DNA of 62,624 nucleotides, filler included. It is 7 parts of 7 records of this genome, joined end to end, with 100 filler letters (N's around TTAATTAATTAA, not from the genome) between each part and the next. Parts side by side here need not be neighbours in the genome. Positions count along the whole stretch, not along the records: positions 22,581 to 34,148 come from SRR9188676_2830; positions 34,249 to 45,840 come from SRR9188676_2831; 5 more parts are not named here. One strand, written 5' to 3'. The notes below the pieces were generated by a model that was not told the DNA's origin, did not search any database, and saw only the letters and a list, made by a program, of their open reading frames with translations. This document shows, piece after piece, positions 23,079-37,500 of the stretch. Within the stretch, counting starts at the first letter, position 1. Each line of letters starts with the position of its first letter. The translations under genes were made by a program, and so were the position numbers.

Positions 23079-26000
23079 TTATACTTGCAGTACGCGGCGA
23101 GGGGCAATGATGAATTGCCTTCGGCGAGCCACGAAGACGGCAGCGACCACAAGCACCACGAAGGGCAGGGCCACGCCAACAACGGACATCACCGACGCAG
23201 TGCTGGAAGTATTATCAAGCACAAGACCTGAAGAGAGAAAAGAAGAAAAGACAAAACAAAGATGAGTGCGATGCGTTGTGAAACACTCAAAAATGAGTAG
23301 AAGAGCGGAACATTGAAGAAATAAATGGCTGGATGCGAGCAGTAAGAAAGTTGACTATGGCACATTAATCTTACCTTCTTGAGCCTGAACTTGAGCCTCC
23401 GGTTCTTCGACGACTGTTAGCAGTTTGCGGGTTCGCAGGTTCGACTTCTTGGGGGAGAAAGCAAGGGGGATAGCTTCAACAAAACGGTCGGGAATGGCTT
23501 GCTCAGCGGCCTGCTCGTGCTGCTTTTCCTGCACAAACTGGGCGATCTCCTCGAGCTGGTGCAGAGCAGCGCTCTGGTCAATCTCGGCGGGAATCTCCTC
23601 AGCGGCAGCATTGTTAGCATTGTTGATGTTGTTCATCAGATCGACTTCGACCTCCTGAACAAGTTCAGCAATGTCAACAGCAACGGGCGCAGCTTGCTCA
23701 AGGAACAAGTCCTCGGCAACAACTTCAGCAATCTGGGCAGCCAAATTGTCATTATCGGCAGCAAGGAGAACGGCAGCAACGTCTTCAACAGCAGCTTCTT
23801 CCTGGGCAACCATCACTTCAGCATCGTGCAGCAGTTCTTGGGCAACCAAAGCGAGTTCGGGCTCGAGAGCAGGGGCCACGGCAATTTCGGTGATGGTACC
23901 AGCACAGCGGCACACAACATTTCCGGCAACAGAGTCCAAGAATGTGGTGCACACCTTGCTAGTCCAGGCGTTGGCAGCGGCGTCGAAGCCCAGGCACTGC
24001 TCGTAGGCGTTCTCGATGCTCTTGGGGAACATCACGTAGTGGGAGGCGGCGGCGAGGCCGTCCATCTGGAGCACGGCAGTGGGGCGGGCATAGGACACAG
24101 CGCTGCACGGGCGGTTGTCAGACATCCATTTGAGCATGGTCACGGTGTTGCTGGCCTCACCAGGCAGGGTGAACAGCAGGGTGGTGCTGTCAGAGAAGGC
24201 CAAGGCAGAGGAGCCCTGGGACTGGTAGGTCAAGAGGTGCAGATGGTCGTTTTCAATCAGCAGAGAGTCACCGTCATGGGCAACCAACACATGCTCGGTG
24301 GTCTCAACAAGCATGGCAACAGTGGCATACAGCATATCAGAAATGGCGGCAGCGTCGGCGTTCTCGCAGGACTGGATCTCGGCCTGGGCCATGAGGGCAC
24401 CGCACACATCGAGCATGTCGCGGAGCTGGGTCTTGGTCATGAGCTGGGTAGAGGAGAGGCGCTCAGCGGTTTGCTTGGTGAGCTTGGTCAGGGCGAGGAT
24501 GTCGTTCAGGTCAAGTTCGGGCACGTGCGCAATGTGCGAGAGCAGCATGGGCATGGCACCGAGAGTCTGCTGCTGGGACAGAGAGGGCATCAGAGAGCGC
24601 ATCAAGGCACGGCCTGTGGCGGCTTCGTCAACAGAGAGCATGTGGCGGCGAGTGGTGGTGGTGTCACATCCTTGCACGGAAGCAGTGATGTACATGGACG
24701 ACAGCACATTGGCAGAGTAGTACTCGCGGGCATAGTTCAACTCGTCCTGGACCTTCTCCACGTTGTCCGTGTTGATCTCACCGCAAGTCACAGTCAGAGA
24801 CTTGGTCACGCTGGTGATGGCACCGACAAAGTCAGTGATGGTCACGGTCACAGCGTTGGTAAGAGGAGGCAGCAAGAACTGGATCTGCGAGCTGTAGCTG
24901 CGGTCCAAGATCAGGTACTCGTCGCCAGTGGAAGTGGTAAGGGTGAAAGTGTACTGCAGAGGCAGCGAGACAGAGTCCCACTTGTTGGCACGGAACGTCA
25001 CGATAGTGTCCATGGACTGCAGGTCGTCAGCAGGAGTAACCGTCAAGGTACCACCGTTAGGACCAGAGCGGACAGGGGCGGAGACGATCTGGCTCATGCC
25101 CACGGCACCAGTGCTAGGATCGGTGACCTGGAAGCGGAAATAGTATTCTTGGCCAGGGGTGAGCACGTTGGCCTGCAGACGCAGACCCAGCAGGTTACGG
25201 CCGTAGGAAGTGGTGCTGGCAAGGATGTCGGAGTCATCCAAGTCCAAAACAGCAGAAGAGCAATCGGCAGAGGACTGGCAAGAGTACCACATGCAGTTGT
25301 TGAGAGTGGAGTTGCAAGCCACAGAGGAGGTGGCTTGCAGAACCAAGCGCACGGAGGCAACAATCGGGTGAGATCCTTCAGAGTAGTCAAAGAGAACACC
25401 TTGGTCCTCGATCTGGCGCACAACAGTGACGTCGGGCAGGGCAACGGAGGAAGTCTGCATGGTCAGAGTGAAGCGAGAGGTAGCCACACGCACGGCAGCG
25501 CCAGCGTCCTTGGAGGCATTCACAGAGAACACATAGGTGCCCGCAGCGAGCTCGTTGGCAGAGAAGCTCAGGGTGTTCTTGGTGGACTGCGTTCCGAGCT
25601 TGCCGGTGCTGTCAGTGAAGCAAGTGCCAGAGCCAGAGGAAGGAGTGCAAGACCACACGTAGGTAAAGGACTCCGAGTAGACATCGGGATCCTCAGCGAC
25701 GGCAGTGAGAGAGAAGGCAGAGGTAGTGGCAAGGATGCCAGCACCCTGGATGTTCACAGAGACAGGAGACTGAGAGGCAGTCACATTCACGTCAGCATAC
25801 GAGCTGATGTAGTTGGCGGAAGCGGTCAGACGGAAGCCATAGGTCTTGCCGATGGTCAGAGTGCCAGCAGGAATGACAAGAGAAGGCTCGGAGGTCACGG
25901 TGGGCATGGTGATGGAGGAGCCAGACACCTGAGTCCAGACATAGGACACAGCGTTGAGGGTGCTGCATGCAGAGAACTGCACGTCTCCAGTGAGCACGAT

Positions 26001-29000
26001 GGCGTTCTTCTTGGTGTGAGTCATGGCGACGTTGGAGGCACCAGCAATGGTGACCTGCACGGAGGCTGTGCCCACAGTGAGGGTCAGAGTGCGCGAGGCA
26101 GTCTGGCCGTCAATGGCGCGGGTGGCAGTGACGGTGAAGATCCAGGTTCCAGTGGTCATGGTGTCGGCAGGGATGGTGAACGAGTCAGCATCCGAGCTAG
26201 AGGCCTCGCTCAGGATGGAGAGCACATCAGAGTTGGACTGAGAGCCAGAGGCAAGAGCGTAGGAGAAGTCCACAGGGCGGTTGTTGGTACCAGTGACAGC
26301 AGTGAACAGAGTGAAGTCATCGCAAGCGGCCACACGGCTGGGGGCAGTGATGGAGAGAGACAAGGCAGCAAGACCAGAAGGAGCAGAGATGGCAACGGTG
26401 CCAGTGACGGCATACGAGCTCATCTGGGCATTGTAGATGGCGTTGCTCACAAAGGTGAGCTTATCGCCAAAGACGAAAGTGGAGGAAGAGCCCAGAGTGA
26501 CCACAAACTTGGACGGGGAAGCCCAGCTGCAAGTGGCGCCAGTACCCAGAGTGCTGACACTGGTCAAGACTGAAGTGCAAGACACGCTAGCAGCAGCAGC
26601 GAAGTTGGTGGCCTGATCGAAGGTGATGTACAGCTGGTTGACAGTGGTGTCAGTGGTGGCAGTGGCCTTCGGGGCGGGTGCGGTGTCGACGGTGGTGTAG
26701 CGGGCAGACATGGACACGCCGCTGATGGTCACGGTCACAGCAGTGTTGCCAGCAGCCAAGGGGGTCACGGTGAAGATCGCAGTGGTAGTGCTGCACGAGG
26801 TGCTAGACACGGAGGCGGTGGCGACAACTGAAGAGACAGAGGCAGTGGCAGAGAGAGCACCAGATGTGGCGCACAGAGTGGAGAAGGTAGCAGCATTGCC
26901 ATAGGCATCGCGGCCTTGCACAGAGAAGGTGGCAGCAGTGCTGGCAACCCAACCATAGGACGGCACGGACACGACACTGTTAGCAGCAACGGGGGAGGCA
27001 GCGACCACAGTCACAGAGCCAGCGCAACCAGTGCAAGTCTGGCCGTTCACAGCAAGGCTGACAGAGTAAGTGCCAGCAGTGGTGAGCATCAAGACACCCG
27101 AGTAGACAGCGCCAGAGGCAGAGTAGGTCAGAGTGGCATTGATGCCAGCAGCAGCAACAGACACAGTGGCACCAGAGGCATTGAACAAGTTACCGTAAGT
27201 ATCGCGGGCGGTGACAGCGACTGTCAAGCCAGCACCAGCAGTCACAGAGCTCACGCCATTGAGGCTGGCAGTGGACTGAGAGACCACAGCAGGAGCAGCG
27301 GCAACAGTGACAGTCAAGGCACTGCTGTTGCGGATGGCAGCACCGCTCAAGGTGGCAGAGACAGTGTACACGCCAGATCGAGTCAAGAGACCGCCGACAG
27401 AGTAAGTGAGTGGCACAACATTGTTGCTTTCAGCGGAACCAGCAACTACAGTGGAGCCAGAGGTGTAGGCGATGGCGAAGCTGTCTGAGCGCAACTGGTT
27501 CTGCACGTTGCCGTATGTATCATAGGCATCGATCAGAAGCTTGAAGCTCTGGCCAGCGGTGGCAGAGACGGTGGAGGCAGAGGTAGAAGTGTAGCGGAGC
27601 ACAGACAGGGCACCAGTGGCAGCAGAGGCGATGGTGAAGTTGAGAGGAGAGTTCATGAGGGCGACACCGCCAGAGGTGACGGTGAGGTTGTAGGTGCCAG
27701 CCACAGTGATGGTGGGGCCGGTGATAGTGTAAGTAGCATCAGCATTGTTCACGACGGTGGCATCAGCAACCTTGGTGCCATTGGTGCGGTACACGCTCGC
27801 AGTCAACACAGTGGCGCTGCTGTAAAGGGAGATACCCAGAGCATTGCGAGTGGTGGCAACGAATCGGTAGGTGGCACCGGCAGAGAAGTCAGAGTTGACA
27901 GAAACCTCCACAGTGGAAGCAGATGCGCTGACAGTACCAGAGACATCAGAGATGGCCACGGTGGCGTTGCCGCCAGTGGAGCCGATGCCAGTACCCTTGA
28001 AGGTGATGCGCAGAACGGAGTTGCCAATGTAGCCAGAGCTGGGCACGGTCACAGCGGCACGGTAGCTACCAGCAGAGACGAAGGAGATGGTGGCCGAGAC
28101 AGTGGAAGTGGAGCCAGTGGGGCCAGACAAGACAGCGCTGATGAAGGAGGCTTCGTTGGTGGAAGGAGTGTTACCAAACTGATCGACAGTGCGGATGGTG
28201 GCAGAGAGGACTTGGCCAGTGTAGGCAGCAGTGGGCACAGAGATGGAGCTAGCAGAAGCGCTAGTGGAGCCAGCCTGCACAGCGACGCTGAGAGTCGGGG
28301 ACAGGTTGTTGATCAACAGGTCACCAAGGCGGGCATTCACAGTGTGGGTGGCAGCAACGGTGGGAGTGTAGCTGACGATCACAACGGAGGAGTCCGAAGT
28401 GGAGGCAGAGGCAGAGTAGGAAACGTTCACAAGCGAGCTACCAGAGGTGGCAGAGATGGATACAGACAGGGTAGTGCCAGACAACACAGAGGAGGCAGGC
28501 ACGCTGTTGCTGTAGGCATCGCGCAGGGCAATGGAGAAGGTGGTGGAAGCACCAGCAGAGGTGGAAGTCAAGCCAGAGACAGTGGACAAGGCAGCGTTGG
28601 CAGCAGCAGGGCTCACAGTCACAGAGACAGTGCGAGTCATGGTCAAGCCGTTCACACTGATGGCGCTAGTGTAAGTGCCAGAGACAGTGGGAGCGAAGCG
28701 CAGGATGGCAGAGGAGGTGCCGAGAGTGACAGAGGAGGCAGACACGGAAGTGGAACCAGTGGTCAAGGAGGCAACAATGGTATCAGCAGAGGTCAGAGAA
28801 GCGGCATTGATGTTGGTATCACGCACAGCAAGAGTCACAGAGACAACACCGCCAGCAGTGATGCTAGTAGAGTCGGCACTGACAGTCGAGGTGGTGGCAT
28901 TCACAGCGCCAGCGTTCACAGCGTGAGTGAAGTTGGTGACCTGGATGCTCTGGACGTAGACCACAACGGTGTGGGTGGTGGCCACAGTGGGAGTGTAGCG

Positions 29001-32000
29001 CACGGTGTAGCGGCCGCTGCCTTGGGCAGAGAGCGTGGGTACGCTAGATGGGGAAGGCGAGACTTGCACAACTACCGCAGAGGTAGAGTCGACAGCGTTG
29101 CCATAGGCATCGGCAGTGACCATGCTGAAGCTGGTAGCGGTACCGGCGGTGGCAGCGGTGGTCACAGGGGTGACGGTGGTGGCAGAGGCAGAGGCAGCAC
29201 CAGCAGCAATGGTCACGGAGCGAGTGGAGCCGGTCAAGGCAACACCGCCACGAGTGACAGAGACAGAGAAGATGCCAGAGACAGTGACGGGCATGCTGAT
29301 GGAGTAGGTACCATTGCTGTCGTCAGTGAAGGCACGGGTAGTGGAGTAGGTCACGTTGGTGCCGTTGACAACCAAGATGAAGGAGCTACCGCCAGAAGTG
29401 CGGTTGTTGCTATACGAGTCCTTGCTCTGCACGGTGGCCACGAGAGAACCGCCGGCAACGCTGGGCACAGTGGTATAGGACACAGTCGAAGTGGAGGTGG
29501 AAGTGGGACCAGCAACAATGCTGAAGGGCGCAGGGTTATCCATGGACTGGCCGTCGATGGTCACACGCACGCCATACGAGCCACGAGTGGTCCAGGTGAA
29601 GCTCACAAGGTACTTAGAGGTGGACGAGATGAAGGAAGTGGTGGCAGAGGCGGTGATGCCGCCAGTGAAGGACACGGCGATGGTCTTCTGGCCAGAGATC
29701 AAGTTGCTGTAGCGGTCAAAGGCCTGGGCATAGAAGCTCATGCTGCCAGCCTCAGAAGAGGACGCAAGTTCGGTGATCTGGATGTTGCTACCGAGCACGC
29801 TGCCAGCATTGAAGGTGACAGTGGCGCCAGTGGAAGGAGAGCTCAAGATGGCAGAGCCACCAAGAGTGCCATTCAGACCATAGGTACCAGCAACCGTGGT
29901 GGTGATGGTGCCAGAGTAGACCAAAGTGGTGCTAGTGGAGCTCTTAGTCAAGGCGGTGGTAGCACTGCCAGGACCGTTCACTTGGACAGCAAAGACAACA
30001 TCCTCGTTCAGGTTGGTCTGGGCATTGCCATACTGATCGTAGGCAGCAATGGAGAAGCTCACAGAGGAGCCAACAGTGGCAGAGGCACCAGAGGCAATGG
30101 TCAAGATGGAAGCAAGAGTGCTGCTAGCGGCCGCCTGGATGGTGACGCTGCGAGAGAAGATGGTCACGCCCTGCAGAGCAACGGACACGGTGTTGGCACC
30201 GGCACGAGTCAGAGGCACAGTCAGAGTGTAAGTACCGTCGTTGTTGTTGACCTGAGTGATGGCAGAGCTGGCGGTGTTGCTGGCGGTCACAGTGAAGGAG
30301 GCGCCAGAGAACACACCCAAGAAGCCGTTCACGTCACGAGTCTCGCCGATCAGCACGTAGTTGTTGCCAGCAGAGGAAGGAGTGGAGGACACACGCACAG
30401 TGGAGCGGTTCGGGTCAAGAGAGCCTAAGCTGTAGCTCACGGGGACAAGCAGAGTGCCATTGGCGGTGGCAGCACCATCCAAGCGGACAGTCAGAGACAC
30501 GCTGGTGAGGGTAGTGCAGTTGGCAGTGGAAGTGGACACAGTGACTTGGTACAAGCCATTGGAGCCAGAGTAGGAGATGGTTACGGGCAGAGAGACAGAC
30601 AAGTCGACAGCCAGGCGGCTGGATTCGTCCATAGTCTGGGCATTGCCATAGGCATCACGAGCATAGACATTGAACTGGATCGGGTTCAAGCACACAACAC
30701 CGTTGAGGGAGGAGCCTTCAGCGATGGTCTGGGCAGCAGCGGTGGCAGCAGGAGTCACAGAGACAGTCGGGCGGCTGGGCAAGAAGGAGGTGGTGATAGT
30801 GTAAGTACCAGACACGGTGGCAGAGTAGTAGACAGAGGCCTGGCCACAGATGGTGGTGGTATCGATGCTGCTGATGGTGGCAGTGTTGAGCACGCTACCG
30901 GCAGTGGACAAGCGCGCGATGCTGAGATCAGACACGCTAGTGCCGCAGCTAGTGAGGGCGTTGTTGTACGAGTCGCGGAAGCGGATGGCGAAGGAGCCAG
31001 CGGCGCCGGCAGCAGGGCTGGAACCAGCAACGTACAAGCTGTTGGTGGTGTTCACAGAGCCAGTGGTGATGGTCACAGTGAAGGGAGTGCCAGAGACAGC
31101 GAAAGAGCTAGTGCCGCGGAGCAGAGTGAAGGTGGTGGAACCAGCAACCTTGCCATACAGGCTAGCAATCCAGGTGTTGACACCGCTAGTTGTCCTCAAG
31201 CTCGCGCTCAGAGTGTAGTTGGAGCCATCAGACTGGGTCACAAGGAAGGCAAAGTATTCAGTGGAAGTGGTCGAGTACTGCTGGTTGTTGCTGTAGGCAT
31301 CGCGAGGAGTGAAAGTGACACTGAACGCAGAGCCAGCAGTGCGGGAAGTGGGGGCAGAACCGGCATCGAAGCTCAGAGTGGAAGTGGTGGTGCTGGTGGC
31401 ACCGGGTACAATGGGCAGCTTGTAGAAGTAGTAGTTGGCGTCGCATTGGCTGGCCTGCAAGAAGGCAGTGCAAGCAAGAGGCGAGGCGTTGACCGTCACC
31501 TGCACGTACAGAGTGCTGGTGGTGATCTTGCTCAGAGTGTAGGCTCCCTCGAAGGCACCAGAGGCACTGTTGAAGGTCAGAGTGATAGAGGTGGTGGAAG
31601 TGAAGTCAGTGGACTGGAACACAGCCTTGACGGTCTCAGTGCCAGTGGCAAGGGCATTGCTGAAGCGATCGGCAAGCTTGACGCTCATGGTGGCAGACTC
31701 GCCAACCACAGCGGTCTCGAGCATGCTGCCAGTGACGCGCGAGGTCACACCGCTCACAGAACCAGCAGCAAGAGTGTACTGGCTCGGGGAAACAGTCATG
31801 GTCTGGCTGTTGATGCTCACGCTCACAGTGTAGGTACCAGCAACCTCAGAGTAGAAGCTCAGAGTGTTGTTGACGCGGGTGGCAGTGGTGTAAGGAGTGC
31901 CAGAGGCAGAGGTGCCCTGGTACAAGAGAGCAACCACAGAGGTATCGGTGGGCAGGCTGGTGATGGCGTTGCGGTAGGCATCGTAGGCAGTGATGGTGTA

Positions 32001-34148
32001 CACGGTGTTCATGCCAACAGTGAAAGTGGTGTTGGCGCTGGACACAGTAGTGTACACAGGGCTGACAGAGGCAGCAACGACAGTCAGGGCGTTCACGGCG
32101 GTCTTGGTCACGCTCAACGGGAACACAGCAGAGACATTGTAAGAGCCAGCAACGGTCAAAGTCACAGCGGCAACGTAGGCGCCAGTGGTGGAGTCGGAGT
32201 CAAGCACATTGTCGGTGGCGGAAGCAGAGCTGGGGCCAAGGAACTGAGCAGTGACGCTATCGGCGAGGGTAGCAGGGCGCTGGTTACCATACACATCGTA
32301 CAAGAAGATGGAGGCGGTAGCACCAGAGGAGGTACCGGCAACCACGCTGGAGGACGGGCCACTCACAACGGTGCGAGAGGTGTCCAGGGCAGCGGGAGAG
32401 ACGGTGACGGCCACAGGGCTGGACACGATCTGAGTGCCAGAGAGCGACACAGAGAGCGAGAAGCTGCCAGAGACAGTGGTGTTGATCTTGAGAGTGTACA
32501 TGAGAGGAGAGTCAGAAGTGCGCGCGATGGTGGAAGCGAAGGTCACAGCAGAGGTAGAGCTGGACAAGCTGACAGTGAACAAGTCCATGGCGTGCTGGCC
32601 AGCGACAAGAGAGTTGCCGTACTGGTCAAGAGCAACGATACCGATGGAGGTAGAGTTGGCACCGGCGGTGGCGGTGGCAGTGGTGGTGTTGAGGTAAGTG
32701 CGGGCAGCAGAGGCAGCAGCAGCAGTCACAGTGAAAGTGGCAGGGCTGTTGATCACATTCGAGCCCTTGAGCTGCACGGTGGCAGTGTAAGAGCCAGAGA
32801 TGGTGGCAGTGACAGTCAGAGCATAGGTACCGTCCTTGTTGTCCACAAGGGTGTATGTGGGAGTGGCAGGGCTGAAGGTGATGCTCCAGGTAGTGGTGTT
32901 CAAGTACTGCACAGCATTGAAGGTGTTGCGAGCAATGAGCTTGACAGAGGTGGAGCCAGCAACGATGCTAGCGCCACTCAAGCCAGAGACTTCAGAGCGC
33001 TCGGGGATCACACCACCAGTCTCCTCGATGGAGTACACGCGCACGGCAATGCCAGCGGTGCCGATCAGGGAGCCACGCAGGTACACATACAGAGTGAAAT
33101 TGCCAGCATCGGGGATGGCAGAGATCACAATGGTGTACTGAGAGGTGGTGGAGTCGAAAGCAGTGATAGAGCTGGACGCACTGAAGCTAGTGCTGTTGAA
33201 CACAACAGTGATATCAGTGCGCTCGTCGATCTTGCGCAAGTTCAGGTAGGTATCGTAGGTGGTCAGGTAGACAGTCAAGGGGGTGTCCTCGACGGCGCCA
33301 GTGAGAGCGGCACCAGAGATGTTGCTCTTGCTCACGCTAGTGCTGGCAGCAACCACAGCCACAGAGAAGTAGTTGAGGCCGTTGTTAGTCAGGTACTGGC
33401 CGTTGCGAGAGATGGCAATCATGTAGCTGCCGCTCACAGTGGGCACGTACGAGAAGCTGGTCACACCGCTGGCGAAGGACTTGGCCACAGAGACAGTGGA
33501 GCCAGAGCTGACGGAGGTCACGGTGGCATTGAAGTCGCTGCTAGAGGTCACGGTGTTGTTGTAGAGATCCCTGGCAGTCACAGTGAAGGCAGCGGAGGCA
33601 CCAGCAACAAGAGAAGTGGAGGTGACACCAGTGCCAGAGACAACAGAGTAGGACATGTACACATTAGAGGCAGAGATGACGATGTTGAAGGATCCCTGAG
33701 AGACCAGAGCACCACCAAGAGTCACAGTCACGGCATAGGTGCCGGCAGTGTAGTACACAAGGCTGACAGAGGTGACAGCAGTGGAGGTCACTGCGGTGGT
33801 CAAGGAGGCAGCACCCACAGCACTGACAGTGAATGAGTCCAAAGAGTGGTTCTGCAAGTTGCCATAGATATCGTGGGCCTCGATGGTGAAGCTCACAGTG
33901 GAGCCAGCAGTGCCAGCGAAGCGGTTGGAGCCACTCAGAGTGCAGTTGGCAGCGTTTGTGGTGCTAGGAGCAATCACGATGGAGTAAGGAGAGCCAACCA
34001 GAGCAGAGGAGCCAAGGGCGACAGACAGCGTGTAAGTGCCAGAGGTCTTGGTGGTGTGGTTGAAACGGTAGGTACCGTCCTGGTTGTCCACAACAGACAA
34101 GGTCTGAGTGAAGGTAGAGTTGGAGAGAGTCACAGTGTAGACATCACC
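23079..34148 (-). CDS. 5'-truncated type I membrane protein: >=23 filamin-type Ig repeats + REJ module + GAIN/GPS-like domain + acidic stalk + single TM (polycystin-1-like ectodomain)
   Basis: Open frame from the contig edge to the donor at 23375. ~100-aa repeats carry AG..F.I.ARD.YGN. REJ-type motifs: YVWTQVSG, LVIPAGTL, AEDPD..FTYVWSC, PNGGTLTVTP. GPS-like CLGFD..NAWTSKVC..VVCRC. Intron 23374-23228; last exon 23227-23079 encodes VVGVALPFVVLVVAAVFVARRR..*. Confidence 0.85.
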
Positions 34149-34248
34149 NNNNNNNNNNNNNNNNNNNNNNNNNNNNNNNNNNNNNNNNNNNNTTAATTAA
34201 TTAANNNNNNNNNNNNNNNNNNNNNNNNNNNNNNNNNNNNNNNNNNNN
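34149..34248. other. Artificial contig spacer
   Basis: Same N/TTAATTAATTAA/N block. Confidence 0.97.
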
Positions 34249-34522
34249 AAGAAAGAAAAAAGAAAAGAGAGAGAGAGAAATGAGCATTAAGCATCAATAA
34301 CGATCGTGCAAACAAACAAGAAATACGAGAAGCCGAATTTAGAGAATTTTCCAAAAACTTCAAGGTGCAACTCTTCCTAATCAGACTTAAAACTGCGAAA
34401 TAGGAAGTTGCTTGCTTCGAGCAGCCCTCTGTCTTAAATTTTTCATTCCCAAACAATCGAAAGATGACGAAAAACATAGCGAAATGATACAATTTTGATG
34501 ATATGCTGTGGTTGATATGTAC

Positions 34523-37500
34523 CTCGGCCAAAGAGCGCTTGCATTGTCCGTCGATGTTACAGAAGTAAGGCAGCGTAGCATTTGTGCACTTCTTCTGCAC
34601 GGCGCAGTAGCTGACATCGGGCACGCAGTCCGCGGTGCCTGAGCACAGCACGTATCCGATGGGACAGGATGAAACATAGGAGGAGTCATCTTCCGACGGT
34701 GCGTACGCGTCGCATTCTTCCTGCGTGGCCACACAGCAGTGCACATGCACGGCGAGGCTGCTGCACTTGGCAGGGCACAGCACGGGCGTGGAGCTCGGGC
34801 ACTGAGGGATGGCCTCGCATTCATCGGGCGACGCCACGCACTCCCCTTGCCCATCGCCCTGGCACTGATACGGCAGGTTGGTCGGGCAAACCACGCGCGC
34901 CGTGCAAGTCTCGTTCACACTTCCACCAGAGGCAAACATGCGGCACGTGCCATCAGGGCAGCGCACAGGCGTGTCCTGCGGGCACCCATTGTACATCACA
35001 CAGTCCGCCTTGGAGCCAGAGCACCCGCCATACCAGCATCTAAAACACACACACGGGGAGGTGAGAGAGATGAGAGGTAGATAGAGAGAGTGAGGTGACA
35101 GGTGGACCATGATAAAAATGATGATTCGATATGAAAAGGACAGGAACAACTTTGCCTTAAAAATCGGTATTGGAATGGAAACAGTTAGAAGCTCATAAAG
35201 TACCACAATCATTGTATATATATCAACTAGGGTAGTCTAGCGAAAGGGTCAAAGACGGATGAGGATGACTTTTGAGACCGTTTTTAGTTTATTTTGAACT
35301 TGATTTTGAACTTGAAATCTGAGAGGTCAAGAGATCTCTTCTTAGCTTACCGATATGGGAATTCGACGGGACATCCATCCACAAAGACACCAGATAGGGT
35401 CTTCTCCAAGGTGAGGGTGTAGTTGACAGAGGGATCGAGCACATCCGGCACGGTGTTGCCGTTCTCATCTTCGTTCACAAGCAGTCTGCGTGCGATTCTA
35501 CCATTGTTGCCAGTGGAAATGCTGTTGCTGAGAATGTGGCGGCGGGCAGTGGTGGTGGTGGTGGTTCTGACGTCATCGTCCTTGCCTGTAGTGTTCGTGG
35601 GCTCTTCGTACGTGTCATTGCCAAAGTCATACACGAAGCAGTCTTGCACACGCGATCGGCACAGACCAATGTTTGTGCATCGCACGGGCTGCGACACGGG
35701 ACAATACGAGTGAGTGTTGCAAGCACCCTCGTTCACTGAGCAGCTGCCGTCCCAGCACTTGTAAGGGGTGCTGTCGGGGCATCCATTCGAGCGGTACGAG
35801 ATCGGGCAGTCGTCCAACTTGGGCACACACCAACCGTTGGAGCACTTGTTGGGCGCATCAGTGGTGCAGCCGTTGGACAGAGGACACAGAGAGGAGTCTT
35901 CCTTGCACTGGCCGTTGGAGCATCGGTTCGGACGAGCTGTGGGGCATGTGTTTGTGGTCGGGCAGTCAGACTGGCTAGACCGGCACGTGCCATCGCCACA
36001 GCGGAAGGCCTGGCTCTGAGGGCAAGGGGCAATAGCCTTGCATTCGGCAGACCTCACACAGGTGCCATCGGCGCAAGGGAAGCCGTCCACGACAGCGCCC
36101 GAGTCCAGCTTCACAGGGCATTCGGAAGAAATGAGGATCGGAGGGCAGTTGGCCTTCTTGTCCACACACAGACCGTCCGTGCACTTGTAAGGAGCACTCT
36201 CGGGGCACTCGTTGCTCGAGCAGTTGGAGTAGGAAGCGGCACACTCGCCCGTGGCGCAGAGGTAAGGAGCGGACATGGGACACCCGCTGTCGGCAGGGCA
36301 CTCCCACGAGTACGAGCGGCACGTGTAGTCATCGCACAGGATGGGCTTCTCCTCGGGGCATACCACGCTGGGCGGCACGATGGAAGCGCAGTCGGTGCCA
36401 TTGACATAACACTGACCATAGCAGCGAGTGGGCAGGCCTTGCGTGCAGCCGTTGGACAGAGAGCAGTCGGACGTGTTGCGCACACACTGACCGTTCTCGC
36501 AGCGGTTGGGCAGCAGCGACGGGCACGAAACAGGCGCGCATGTGGCTGTCATCGAGATGCAGCTGCCGTCGCCACATCGCTGCTTGCTTGACGGGCAAGC
36601 CGTCGTCGTGATGCACTGATCTTGGGATTCGACACAAGAGAAATCTGGGAGAGAGGAGGGATGGAGAGAGGGAATGAAAAAGAGAAATCAGAACAAAGGT
36701 TAGAAGAGAAATCAGAACAAAGGTTAGAAATACAGGTAGACAAATGGTGTTCTTCGATTATGGCATCGCATCCTCTGTTTCTTTTTTTGGAGGAGAGGGT
36801 AGTTAGGAGACCCACTAATGCATAAGGCAGGAACAATTATCAGAAAACAAACAAACAAACAAAAAAAACAGGCAAAAAAAGCATCAAGAAAAGAACTTAC
36901 CAGGGCATCGCACAGGCGTGGACACAGGGCAGGCAGTGAAAGAAGAGATATCACATTCAAGACGGTTAGTCTTGCAAGTACCATCGGGACACAAGAAGTC
37001 TTCACACTCTGGCTCAGCAGGGCACTCTGACAGAGACGCGCGGCACGTAGAGTCCCAGCAGATGTAAGGCAGAGCGGCAGGGCAAGTGACCGCGGTGCCG
37101 CATACGTCATAACCTTGGCGCACGCACACACCCACAGGGCAAAGCGCCTTGCCTTGGCACGAGGACGACACAAGGCAGTCCGAAAGGGTCACGGCGCATG
37201 TGTTGTCATCGCATCGCACAGGGGTGTCAGCAGGGCACACGCGACGAGTCGGGCACGCTGCAAGATCCGACACACAGCTACGATCGGCGCATCGGTACGG
37301 GCGCTGGATCGGGCATGTCTCGTAGAAGATGGAGATGGCATTGCACTTTTCGATACTGGACACACATTGGCCGTCCCAGCACATCAATTCACCCAAGGGG
37401 CAAGTCGGCGCAGTGGGGCACTCGGTGTAGTAGCGAGCACAGGTGCCGTCCGGGCAGCGCACAGCAGTGGTCAGATTCAACGCGGTCGGGCACGTCAAGT

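Noticed and set aside
23499-33836. Plus-strand ORFs of 1024, 738 and 1096 aa
   Set aside because: Same antisense shadow effect opposite the Ig-repeat gene.
36681-36728. 24-nt tandem duplication (AGAGAAATCAGAACAAAGGTTAGA x2)
   Set aside because: Intronic, two copies only, consistent with ordinary slippage.
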